From Camelus ferus (lineage: Eukaryota), in assembly GCF_009834535.1 (NCBI RefSeq), contig NC_045697.1, positions 38,628,001 through 38,692,000 of the forward strand: DNA of 64,000 nt, in the 5' to 3' direction. Below, piece by piece: positions 38,217-49,882 of the stretch. The position numbers and the translations under genes are program-made. The notes under the pieces were generated by a model. That model saw only the letters and a program-made list of their open reading frames with translations, ran no database searches and was not told where the DNA came from. Numbering within the stretch: position 1 is the first letter of the stretch; each line of letters opens with the position of its first letter.

Positions 38217-41100
38217 GATCGACAGAACGAGCATGGTGGCCTTCCACGTCAGCTGTCCCTGGACCAGAACGGACACCCCGGAGAAGAAAAGCCCATTTGG
38301 CATGAAGAGGAGCCAGAGCTGCTGGACTCGGAGGAAGAGAGGCGACGCCAAGAAGAATACTGGCGAGAGCTTGAGGCCAAGTGCAAACGGCAGAAAGCCG
38401 AAGCTGCGGAGAGGCGACGCCTGGAAGAACAGAGACTCCAGGCCCTGGAGAGGAGGCTGTGGGAGGAGAACCGTCAGCAAGAGCTCCTGGAGGAGGAAGG
38501 GGAGGGAGAGGAGGAGAGGGATGTCCAGGAGGAGGTAGAAAAGAGGCAGCGTGAAGCGGAGAGGCCGAGCCCGGAAGAGCCGGGCTGCCGAGGCCCAGAG
38601 CGGAGGGAGCAGGAAGAAGGAAGGCGCGCGGAGGCCGGGGAGCCGAGGCGTCCGGAGGAAGAGGCGCATCAGGAGGAGCCGGAGGCACTGAGCCCGGGGG
38701 AGGCCCCGAGGCAGTCGCTGGAAGAGGAGGAAAGAGAGTTGAAGGAACTCAGAAGACTGGAGGAGCTGGAGGAGCAGAGACAGCAGGAGGCCGAGAAGAA
38801 GCGGCTGGAAGAGGAGAAGAGGCTGGAGGAGCTCAGGCGGCAGGAGTTGGAGGAGCTCAGGCGGCAGGAGGAGGAGAAGCAGGAGCAGAGGCGGCGGGAG
38901 GAGGAGGAGCAGCGGCGGCGGGAGGAGGAGGAAGAGCAGAGGCGGCAGGAGGCAGAGGAAAAACGAATGGAGGACCTCAGAAGGCAGGAAGAACTGGAGC
39001 TGCAGAGGCGGCAGGAAGAGGAGGAGGCGAAGAGGAGGGAAGAGCTGAGGAAGTGGGAGGACATGGAGGCAAAGAGGAGGCAGGAAGCGGAAAAGAAGCT
39101 TCGGGAAGCACCGAGAGGGGAAGAGGAGCATCCGCCGCAGCTGGACCACAAAAGGGGCTTGAGGAGCCCATTTCAGAGCGACTTTGCAGAGAAGCTAGAA
39201 GAACACAAACACCTGAAACTCAAGAAGCCAAGAGAAAACCCTGAGGAACCAAGTATTTGCGAGAAGCAGAGCCCAGTGGCCGCCGAGCCATCTGGAGAGC
39301 AGCAGGGAAAGCAGGGCGATGTTCCCGGGGATGATCGTTGCGGACATCAGGAAAAGAGAGAAGAAACCAACGCACAGCCTCCACAGAGACAAGAGGCACA
39401 GTTGGAAGAGACGCTGGCTCCACGGGAGAAGAAAGAAGCTGCTGCTCCAGAAACAGACAGAAAGATGGAGGAACTCAGATGGCAGGAAGTGGATGAGAGG
39501 CAGACCATGCCCAGACCCTACACTTTCCAGGTGTCGTCAGGAGGGAAGCAAATTCTCTTCCCCAAAGTCAATCTGAGCCCGGTGACGCCGATGAAAGATG
39601 CAGGACTCGCCTCCACTCCCCAAGAGCCAAAAGCGCCCAAAGCCAGCCCGGCCTCCCACTCCCTGCCCTCCTCCCTGAGCATCCCCCACACGGCCATTCT
39701 GGTCACGGGAGCACAGCTCTGTGGGCCAGCTGTCAACTTGAGCCAGATCAAGGACACAGCTTGCAAGTCTCTCCTGGGCTTGTCAGAAGAAAAGAAGCAC
39801 GTGGATGTCCCCGCCCTGGAGAACCCACCTCGAGCCCCCGGCGACCCCCGGGCAGGTGGTGGGAAGGCCAGGCCCCCGCAGGAATCTCCGAGCAGTGTGG
39901 CCGCACTTGCTGAATGGGCTTCCATTCGGTCCAGAATCCTGAAGAACGCAGAGGGTGACCATCGCAGCGAGAGAGACCAGGCCCGGCCCGGTGATGAGTA
40001 CCTTCCCAGGGGCCGATGTGATTCCCGCGGGAACCTCCGGAGGACCCCGCCGGTAAACGCGAAGTTCTCCATTAAGCCTGCCTGGCAGAAATTCCCTGAT
40101 GGGGGCGCGGAGGCCTCCAAACAGAACACAGAACCGGAAAGCATAAAAAAAAAATTGGTGCCGGGACCCAGCGAAGAGGCGGCGCCCCAGCCCCCTGCTG
40201 CTGACACTCATGAGCCCTTGAAGGCTGCAGGGAAACCGGGGGCGCGCCAGGAGCCAACGGATACCACAGAGGGGTACAAATTTGCCAAAGACCTTCCCTC
40301 TTTCCTTGTTCCAAGCCTTCCTTACCCTCCGCAGAAAGTAGTGGCCCAGGCAGAGCCCGTGACCACTTCGGACAGTGAGACCACAGGTGGTGTAGGAAAG
40401 CCAGACCCCGTGATGCCAGGTGGAGAGGAAAAAGCCTCCCCTTTTGGAATAAAATTGAGAAGGACCAACTACTCCTTGCGCTTCCACTGTGACCAGCAGA
40501 CAGAACAAAAGAAGAAGAAAAGGCACAGCAGCATGGGGGACAATATCGATGGGGCGCCACCGGCCCCGGGGGGCACAAATGAAGAGAAGGAGAGAGAGGC
40601 TGCGGCCCTCAGGCATGGCCCGTCCTTCCCCCTGGAGAGGAAGCAAGCCCCATCCACCTGGAAGGACCTCACTGAAAGCCCTTCCAGCCATTCCCCTCCT
40701 GCAGGCCAGCCCCGGCCCCCACCAGCCAGCAGCCAGCCGCCAGCTCCAGAGCACGACAAGGCAGCGAACAGAATGCCCTTGGCCCAGAAACCAGCCCTGG
40801 CTCCAAAGCCCACAGGTCAGACCCCACCGTCCTCCCCACTCTCCAAAGTGAGCCGGCCCTACTTGGTAGAGCTGCTGGCTCGCCGGATCGGGAAGCCAGA
40901 CCCAGAGCCCAATGAGCCATGCAAGGAGGGCCAGGACAGCGGTGACCCCCGGCCACTGTCTCCCCCACCCCCTGAGGAGAGGAAGCGGCAGAAGTGGGAT
41001 GAGGAGGAAGAGATGGAAACAGAGAGGAGACCAGCTTCCCTGGCTCCTACTGCAGCCCGGCAAGAGAAGCCTTCTCTGACCCCTGAAGCCGGGAGGAAAG
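38217..41100 (+). CDS. CRACD: CRACD giant exon (E/R/Q-rich helix and Pro-rich disordered region)
   Basis: tgttag acceptor; frame read open from GAT at 38217 into ORF 38739..41108; G|gtgcgt donor; 2884 bp; motifs ELRWQEVDERQTMPRPYTFQVSSGGKQILFPKVNLSP and SPFGIKLRRTNYSLRF. Confidence 0.96.
38823..38951 (+). repeat. coding 24-nt tandem repeats (LEELRRQE x2; EQRRREEE x2-3)
   Basis: YTGGAGGAGCTCAGGCGGCAGGAG at 38823 and 38847; GAGCAGMGGCGGCGGGAGGAGGAG at 38883 and 38907; partial copy at 38934. Confidence 0.9.
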
Positions 41101-42675
41101 GTGCGTAGCTGTAGGTTGCAAAATTCTGCTTCTATTCAGCCGGTTGTCTGTGTCACAGCTAAAGCCAGAGCTGCCCAGGCCTGGGAGTAGCCCACAGAGC
41201 TGATGTTGGGGCACTTCCCTTCATTAGAGGCTGGTGCGCCATTCCCCAAGGGCCCTCACTTGTGAGTCATAGGGAAAAGCTTTACTTCTCTTTACAGCTG
41301 TGGACTGACTCTCTTAAGTGGCCGACTCCCATTAATGATCCTTCCTTACACAAGTAGTAACACAGAATGATACGCTTTCACTTGACAATGGAAGTTGAAA
41401 TGTGGTCTGGATCAATGCAGATGTCATTAATCTTGATGAGGGGTCCATGCAGTTACATAAAGACTGGAGTTTCCTAGACCAGTGTCTGTGCTGTCTCTTG
41501 GCAGTAGCTGCACCGAGGTGGGAAGTTAGGGGGCTGTTGATGGCTGTATCCGCCCAGGGAGCCTAGGTGTGCATAATCAGCTTGGTCTCACTTTTATGCA
41601 CAACATTCTGCCTGTGCATCCCCCACGCATCAGCTTTCCACCGTGATGCCCTCCGATAACAACATGGTAGAGCAACCTTTACTCCTGGCTGCCCCTCGTG
41701 TTTCTTCATACTGCGTGTTTGGGGCAGCTCGGCCATCACTTAGATTGGCTTTGGTGCCCCTGAGAACATTCATCTGATACTTTTTCTTTTCTGTTTTGCA
41801 GATTAGTTGGTCAGGTGTGGGTAGTAGCCCAGGAAGTTACATTTCTCAGAGAAATTCTCCCCTTAGGTTTTTTAAGGGCAGCTTTAAGCTTTCTCTCTCT
41901 CTCTCTCTCTTTTTTTTTTTTTAAATAAGGAGACAGTGGGGCATAGTGACACTTTATTTCTTGTTTGTTTGTTGTTTGCCCCTTCAGAGTCAGAAATGGT
42001 GGCTGGCACTGGAGATACAACAGGTAACATGACACAGTGTTACCTGCTCTTGTACCTTCTTCTAGACACAGTTACAATTCAGTGTGATAACAGAAATTCA
42101 GCCAAGTGCAGGGGCTGTGAAATGAAACAAAAATATTATTCATCCCAGGTGTGGGAGAGGGCAATGGTCAGGGAATACTTTCTGGAAGAACCTCTGTTTA
42201 AACTATGACATGAGAGAGAAGTAGGGGTTTGCCAAGCGATGACAAGCAAGGATGTTACAGGCAAATATCTGGAAGCCAGAAAGTGTGTGATGCCTTCTGG
42301 AGAACTTGAAACAGTTCAGCATTGCAAGAGTTTAGAATGAGATGGGGTGTGCTGAGAAATACCACTGCCAATCATGAAAGGGTTCTCACTATGTTGAAAA
42401 GTTTGTACCAATTCTTAGGAGCAGTAGGTGTCTACCCTAGGAAGGTGCTGCCTGCCTTAACTGTAAACCAAGCAGCCTGCCGTGAGCTTGACATTCATTA
42501 CCTCAGTGTACCTCCTCAGTACAGTTCAGTAAGGTAACTGCTATTTTCTTATTCTCACAGATGAGAAAACCGAAGGTAACCATGTTTAGGCAGCTTGCTC
42601 AAGATCGAACAGCAGCTCCTAAGTAGCAGAGCTAGGATATGAACCCCAATTTTTCTGATTCCAAAACCCTCCTGG

Positions 42676-42905
42676 ATGTGTGTCACTGTGCCGGGAATGT
42701 GGTTTATGGCGAGTGTGTGTCTCGGCCTCTGCTACCCATTTCCTTGTGGGTTTTTTTCTGTACACCTGATGTGGAGGAGTCACTCATCTAGTTTGTGGAT
42801 TTGTTTTAGAAGGAATTGTCCTGTGTGTGGCTGTAAATTCAGTGTGTCTGTGGAAGGAGGGGAGTTCAGGATCCTCTGATGTCACCGTCTTGAACCGGAA
42901 CCCCC
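42676..42905 (-). mobile_element. isolated extreme 5' end of an L1
   Basis: Reverse complement starts GGGGTTCCGGTTCAAGACGGTGAC...GGATCCTGAACTCCCCTCC, like an L1 5' terminus (CAAGATGGCG YY1 box, decayed). Confidence 0.6.
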
Positions 42906-42969
42906 ATGTTTAGTTTTGACATTAGTGTCTGTGTTACTAGCTTCCATGGTATCATCAGAGTTCCTCTCA

Positions 42970-43445
42970 AGCCTATTGATGGACATTTGGGTTGCTTCCA
43001 TCTCTTGGTTATTGTGAATCATGCTGCTGTGAACATGAGTATGCAAATATCTTTTTTAGATTTTACTTTCAATTATTTTGGATAAATAACCCAGAAGTGG
43101 AATTTCTGGATCATATGGTAATCTATTTTTAATTTTTTGAGAAACCACTCGATTATTTTCCATAGTGGCTGCACCATTTTATATTCCTACCAGTGTCACT
43201 CAAGGGTTCCAATTTCTCCACATCCTCACCAACACTTGCTATTTGTGGGTTTGTTTTTTTTTAATAATATACATTCTAACAGGTGTGAGGTGATAGCTCA
43301 TTGTGGTTTTGATTAATGAGCACCTTTTCACATGCTGTGGGTCATTTATATGTCATCTTAGGAGAAACATCTATTTAAATCCTTTGTCCATTTTTTAATT
43401 GGGTTTTGTTGTTGCTGATTTGTAGGAGTTCTTTCTATATTTTTT
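42970..43445 (-). mobile_element. L1 ORF2 C-terminal fragment
   Basis: GATGGACATTTGGGTTGCTTCCA, CCAGAAGTGGAATTTCTGGATCATATGG, CCACATCCTCACCAACAC. Confidence 0.9.
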
Positions 43446-46119
43446 CAGTCCCTTTTAATAGTAAAAAATCCTCTAGGCACCTTTAGTGATAACTCTCTCA
43501 TGTTAGTAATTAATCTGTTGCCTCCAGTGTCATAATCAAAACTCCAAGCTATATTTCAGACTAAGTGTCTCCCTTGTAATTTGGCGTGCTTTGGGCTGAA
43601 ATGCTTATAGTGGGGACGCAGACACAGTCCACTTCTGCCCTTCCTTCCAGCCCAGAAACTGGCTCCACAGCTGGGGTGAAGGAAGGGGGAGGGGTAAAGC
43701 AATGAAGTTTGCTGCATTTGGGGGATACAGTGCTGATTCTTCTGTGTGTTCCTCAGACCCCTCACCTGCCACTTTCTCTTCCTGCAATTCCCCTATTTCA
43801 GTGGTGCCTCCTCCAGGCAGCCCTGCCCCTCTCTCTGCCACCCACTTGGCCCGCACCTGAACCTCATGCAGCACTCAACAAGTGTCGTCCCAGCACAAGG
43901 GCCTCTTTTCCAGGCCCCTGGCAGACACTGTCCTTGCCTTTGAACTTGTCCAGGTGTGAACAGAACCTCAGGTGTGCAGTTTGCCCCACAGACTCCAGGA
44001 GACCCATCAGTTCGTCTGAGTGGTCTCATTGAGGACCTTCTCCCTTGGCTTAGCCCCCTTCCCTCTCTAGGGGAGAGGATGTGGGAACACACCATGCTCC
44101 AACAGTCTTTTCCAAAGAAATTCTCTGGCTGCTTTTGCCTCAGCTCTGATATTTCTATGACCTTAAGGTGGCTGTTTGGCCACCTCATAGGCCAGTCCTG
44201 AGTAGGTGGTTGAGCACATCTGCTCAGAATGAGGGAGCTGGTGCCATTGATTATTTGTTACAGACGTCCTGGGGCTTCCCCGGCTGAAACTCAGACAGGA
44301 GTCCCATTTTAACATCCTGTTTTCTGTTTATTGATCCCCAACTACATCCAGACCTGTTAGGCCCTTTACACATACTACATTATAGCCTTTTTAAAAGTCT
44401 GGTCCGTAACTCCAGGATGTGCTACAGATCTAAGAAGATAAAAACCTGGCTAGAGATTTACCTTTTCAAGTTATTTTAGTCAACTATAACTGTAAATAAT
44501 TATGCTTTAAAGATATTTGGGCCTTTGTGATAAACCCAGTCCAAGTTGTTGGCAGGAAACTCGCCCGTTGCTTGAAGGACCTTCCCAAGCAAGTTCAAGT
44601 ACGATTCCCTCTTACATAACTGCTTTAAGTGGAAATCAGATCTGGGCAATTTGGGTTTTAGACATTTTACAAACAGGTGTTACCCAGCCCTTGAGTTGAA
44701 AAAAAAAAAAAAAAAAGAAACTCATTTAGTTCCTGTGTATGTCAGGTGTCTCAGTTAAGCACAATGATTTAAGTGGTAAATATTTTTAATTTTCTGGTTA
44801 ACTGAAGATTAATCAAAAACTCCTTTCAGTTTGAGTTTTAAAAAAAACTTCTGAAATGTGTTGCTTTTCTTTCCTTTGTTAGATCGTAACCAAATCTTTA
44901 TTTGACGATTAGGAATATTGCAAATGCCCAAGACTCATTATAAATAGGAATTCTCCTTGTACAGCATTATAGATCTAAAAGTTGTAGAAAATTAAGAGGA
45001 ATCTGCCCTTTTTTATGCTTGAATTCCTGGTTTGGTGGTTCTCGATATGAAGTTCAGTTAACTTGGAGCCCTGATTGGTAACAGGTGTATCATCAAAGTG
45101 TAAACTTTTGTTTGGTTTCAAAAGAACAAGACTTAGAGCGAGCCCTTTCCCTTGGAGACAGTGAAGGATTCAGTGTCAGAACAGTTATCTCTAAAAGTAT
45201 GTAATTTTCACCTGGGATCCCTTTAGTCAGAGATCATTGTCTCACAGACATAAGTAACAAGAGCACTTGCCTTTGTGGAGTGGTCACTTTATGCCAAGCA
45301 CTGTTCTAAATGTTCTTATACCCAGGACCTCTTTTAATCTTCACAGCAGCTTGATGAGGCATGCGACATTCTCATCTCCATTGTATGGATTAGAAAACGA
45401 AAGCTTAGGGAAGTAGCATTTCTGACGTCAAACCCAGGTCTGCTCAATTCCAGAGTCAATTACAACCTCTGATCGCATCCACCTGGGAAGTCTGTTGCCG
45501 CCAGTTGCACAGGCGAGACAGCCCACCAGGAGAAAAGCCCAGACCGGGAGTCCGAAGTCCTAGATTCAGGTTTGAGCCCCAGCACTAAGTGCTGGGTGAC
45601 TCTGGGCGCTGCTCTTGGCTGTGGACCCAAGTACTCACATCTATCCAAAGAGGCCCTGGACCATTTCCCACTGTGCTCCTTAGAGTCCTGCTGTCCTCGG
45701 CAGCCCCTCTACGCAGAGCAGTGCCCCGCTTTCCTCCTTGAAATACTGGTATTCCACTTGTTTGGTGGAGGGAAGAAGGTCCCACTGAAAAAATTAAAAA
45801 GCAATTAAAAAAGAACAACAATTAATGAAATAACTGCCTCTGTAGGCCTGAGGGTTTTGACATTGAAGACTATTTTTTCTTCCATTTTGAGGGAAGAGGA
45901 ATGCTTGTTTTCTTTTTCTGTTGATTGAAGATGTTATTTTCCCACCCAGTGGAGTCACTCAGGCATCAGTACAGCGTGCATTAGAAAGGGATAGTTGACT
46001 ATTTCATGGGCTGATTAATATGTCACAAGTTTTAAGAAGTGAGGGACTGAGCTGAGTGAGCAGTTGGTTTCACTGCACACCTGCTTTTGTCTTTACTGAT
46101 TATGATCTCAATTTCAGCA

Positions 46120-46808
46120 TGTTGAAAGGGAGTGGCCGCTGGGTTCTCACACCACCAAGCAGTTCTGACACCAGCTGGTGTCAGTTCAATTTAGTTCTGA
46201 CATTTTCTGCCCGAAGATAGCATCAGATCCCACAGGTTAAGGGCTCAGTCCTACCAGGCTGCATCTAATCTAGATGCCAATCACAAATCCGGGCTGTTAA
46301 TTTACTAGAGCAGCTTACACAACTCGGGGAAATATTTTACTTGTTAGATTATCAACTTATTATAAAAGGGTATAACTCACACAGCCAGCTGAAAGAGGTG
46401 CACAGGGAAAAGTATGTGAAAGGGGCCTAGAGCTTCCTTGCCTTCCAGGCAAGTCACTCTCCCAGCACCTCCCCATGTTCCCAACCCAGCTCTACAAACC
46501 AGTCCTTTTTTTGTATGGAGGCCTCATTACATAGTCATGATCAATTAAGTCATCAAGAACTGCTGATGGAACTCAAACTCCAGCGCCTCGCTCCTCCCCG
46601 GAGGTAGAGGTGGGACTAAAAGTTCTAAACCCTCTCTAATCAGGTGATTGGCTCCACTGGCAGCCAGCCTCCATCTTGAGGTGCTTTCCAAAAATCACTC
46701 ATTAACAGAACAAAAGACACCTTTATGCTCTCATCATTTAGGAAATTGCAAGGATTTTAGGAGTTCTGTGCCAAATATGTATTTCTTACTGTGTATCACA
46801 ATATCATA
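46120..46808 (-). mobile_element. MER21-like solo LTR
   Basis: Reverse complement starts TATGATATTGTGATACACAGTAAGAAATACATATTTGG (recalled MER21B/C start TGTGATATTGTGA); CAGATCCCACAGGTTAAGGGCTCAGTCC block; left boundary approximate. Confidence 0.8.
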
Positions 46809-46826
46809 GTCTCTTTTTCCCCACAG

Positions 46827-47017
46827 AAAAGCCAGTGCTTCAGAGCAGACACTCTCTAGATGGCTCCAAACTTGTGGAGAAAGTTGAAACCCCGCAGCCA
46901 CTGTGGATAACGTTGGCGCTGCAAAAGCAGAAAGGATTTCGGGAGCAGCAAGCGACTCGAGAGGAGAGGAAGCAAGCTAGGGAGGCCAAACAGGCAGAAA
47001 AGCTCTCCAAAGAAAAC
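46827..47017 (+). CDS. CRACD: CRACD exon (EKPVLQSRHSLDG...PLWITLALQKQKGFREQQ...LSKEN)
   Basis: ccacag acceptor, gtgagt donor, 191 bp, phase 1-0. Confidence 0.95.
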
Positions 47018-47595
47018 GTGAGTAGCCTGGTCTTCAGCTTTAACTGTGTCTTCCTGAGCTTGGCTCTCTGAGTTCACAGGATTTCTTTTTAAATGTCGGT
47101 GGGTGGGGGTGGCTAGCTGGGAGTGGTGGAGAATACGTAGAAAATAGAGCAATAAATAAGTTGACCACTGTTAAACCAAGGAGGCATTTTCAGTTAGAAA
47201 TTTGATTTGATTTCCTGATGCTCCTAGGTTAACCAGATTCAGCAGAATCCATGCACACAACCCTGATATAAGAAATATGAAAATGATTTTATTTGAGCAA
47301 TGAGTTGAGAGGAAATTAGGAGCCTTGCTCCGTGGCCCTGATTGTATAGCTAGTCCAGTGGGGCTCTTCTAGGAAAGTACAAAGTACATAGTGTCCCGTT
47401 TGTGACATTTGCACTGAGCTGCTCCACAGCTGGGGCCAGGGTTGAGCGCACGCTGCTCCCCCACGCGGTCCAGCTCTCCCTCTGGGAGCAGAGGATGGGG
47501 GCTGGCAGGTGGAAGCCTCCAAGGCCTTGCACAGTCCGTCTTTCCCTGTCCTTGGGTTGAAAACAGGCTTTCCGTGACTTTCTCTGCCCACCCAG

Positions 47596-47758
47596 GTCAG
47601 TGGCAGCCCGCTGCCGGGAAGCAGCAGTGTCAGCAGAGGCAGTTCCCTGCACAAGTCCACCGCTCAGCCAGAAGAAAAGAAGCCAGAGACGGCAGTGTCC
47701 AGGCTCGAGCGCAGGGAACAGCTGAAAAAGGCCAACACTCTCCCTACATCTGTGACAG
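47596..47758 (+). CDS. CRACD: CRACD exon (VSGSPLPGSSSVSRG...LKKANTLPTSVT)
   Basis: cccag acceptor, G|gtaagg donor, 163 bp, phase 0-1. Confidence 0.94.
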
Positions 47759-47943
47759 GTAAGGGAGCAGGTCCATTCCTATTTAACTGTACTTTAAGGT
47801 TTTTCTCTTTAGGGCATGTTTTATTTCTCTAGTGTAGTAACTAGCACTTCAGGCATTTCAAAACATAGGCTCACAACCCCATTCATGAACACTGACACTG
47901 ATAAAGCTCGTCTGATAAAGAGGATCAGAAACTCCTCCACTGT

Positions 47944-48134
47944 CAATGGTGTGATGATGAACATTTAACATTCAGCTCTTCGGGGAATGGAGAAACTGAT
48001 TTGTACTATTTGCCATTTTCCGTGGTGTAAATATGGCCCCCATAGCCAATTTCAAGTTACCAATGTAATATCAAGTGGCTTATTAAATTCTTGAATTTTT
48101 AACAAGGTGATACGAGCCTTCTCCAACTCCACTG
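47944..48134. mobile_element. MER63-like hAT-Blackjack element
   Basis: Degenerate TIRs CAATGGTGTG...CTCCACTG; internal CCGTGGTGTAAATA and CCAATTTCAAGTTACC. Confidence 0.65.
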
Positions 48135-49721
48135 TCTGTAGTTGATCAAAAAAGGTTTATTAACTTCTTGTAGCAAGGAAGACTGAATACCATAAGAACC
48201 TTCTAATCTTATATTAGGGTTTGGGGGAAAGGGTGAAATTTAGGTAAAATTTAAATGGAGCAGTGCTTTGATAGGCTCAAAGCAAGGCAGCTGACATCAA
48301 CTCTGAGCTGAAAAGCAGGAAAAGGCCCTGTTTCCCTTCTTAAGATAAATGTGCAGAAGCTGTATCTAAAAACCCCTACCTGGAGCTCTGCTCTGGTTGG
48401 AAATAGAAGCTGTTTCTCTGAATCATGGTGATTTAAGTGGCTCCGATGCTCCGGGCAAAAGTGGGGCGGTCCCTTCTCACTGATGTGATTTCAGACAGCT
48501 GACCCAGGTGTGACTTTAGAGTGCAAGGTTGTTCTGCTCTAAGTCCTTGATGTTAATTAACAACAGCAGTGTATAGGTTCATGCCACATAAGAGACATAT
48601 GCACATTTTAAAAAAACTTCTTTATTCTGTTAAGAGATAAAATGATCCCGTAACATTTACAGCTATTTCCTCGTTATATATCCCTTGGAGGATGGAGAGT
48701 CTGAGAGAGCTTCCTCCCAGAGGTTGTTATTAGGGCATCTGTTTCCCCCGCTAGGCAACTCTGGTCCTCACACCCAACCTCTAGACCCAGGATTCTTTTA
48801 TGCCTTGGATACCTACTAGCTGAAGTCTGGAAATGTAAAGACGTTTCACTATTAAAGCTACATTTACTATTTGGTGAAGAGGGAAAAAAAAACTTTGTAT
48901 TTTGAAAACCACTTTGGAGCAGTGTACAGTTTCTTAGGACCCTCCATGGGCATTATTTCATTTGATCTTATACCCAGGAGTTAAGGGTTCTAAACATTCA
49001 TTATATGGGTGTGTCAAGAGAAAATTCTTTCAGAATAGTGAAAGCTCCAAAGTCAAAGAAATCAGCCTTTCTCTGTTTGATTTCTTGGAAGCACCGAAGG
49101 GTTAATGCAGTTAAGAGTGGCTGCACCTTAGTAAAGCAAGCCTTCTGAAGTTTCTGTCTTTTCAATATTTCCTGAATTCTGCATGTTTGTGCCACAGGCA
49201 CTAAGTATGAAAGGATAAGATGGGACCCCTCAGCTTATGAAGCCTCCAAGTTCTAGTAAATAGGATAGGATGTGCAGGAACTGGTAGAAAAGACTGAGTC
49301 CTAAGAGCTGGCAGATCCATGGGCCTCAGAGGGTGGAGGCACCCAGAGTACGCTTGGTAGAGGAGGTAACTTTGGACCTCACCAACTACTAAGTTCAGAC
49401 TGCTCGTTTCATCTTTTGCCTCATGAAACTGGTTGTGTGACTAGAATCACAGAACTTACCTTTACTTGTTATTATCATGCAGGCATAGCTTCTGTGCACA
49501 GAAAAAATTAGGCTTCTAGGAATTCTCAGAAATGAGGGTTGACTGCACTGTGCTCACTGGAGTTCTGTATGAAACAGTTATGATCCCATAGCTTTCTTTC
49601 CCTAATTCTGCTCCCCAAAGATGCCCCAGTGTTTCACTGGGTTTTCCCTTCTCATCCTTTGATAAATCTAAACGTGGCTCTGACTTGTTGCTTTCTGCTC
49701 TTCCCTCAAAATGCAATCTAG

Positions 49722-49882
49722 TGGAGATCTCCGATTCGGCTCCCCCAGCCCCCCTGGTGAAGGAAGTCACAAAGAGGTTCTCTACGCCAGACGCTGCACC
49801 CGTGTCAACAGAACCGGCCTGGCTGGCTTTGGCCAAGAGGAAAGCCAAGGCCTGGAGCGACTGTCCACAGATTATTAAGTAA
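49722..49882 (+). CDS. CRACD: CRACD last coding exon (VEISDSAPPAPL...EPAWLALAKRKAKAWSDCPQIIK*)
   Basis: tctag acceptor, phase 1, TAA at 49880-49882; matches the recalled human C-terminus. Confidence 0.96.

Noticed and set aside
38154..39149. 331-aa Leu-rich antisense ORF
   Set aside because: Shadow of GAG/CAG/AGG-rich sense codons in the CRACD exon; no independent gene signals
39783..41063. 426-aa antisense ORF
   Set aside because: Lies entirely opposite the GC-rich CRACD exon; stop depletion is expected there
38739..41108. 789-aa ORF as a standalone gene starting at 38739
   Set aside because: The start is a TTG inside an exon that is open from 38217 and is spliced at 41100
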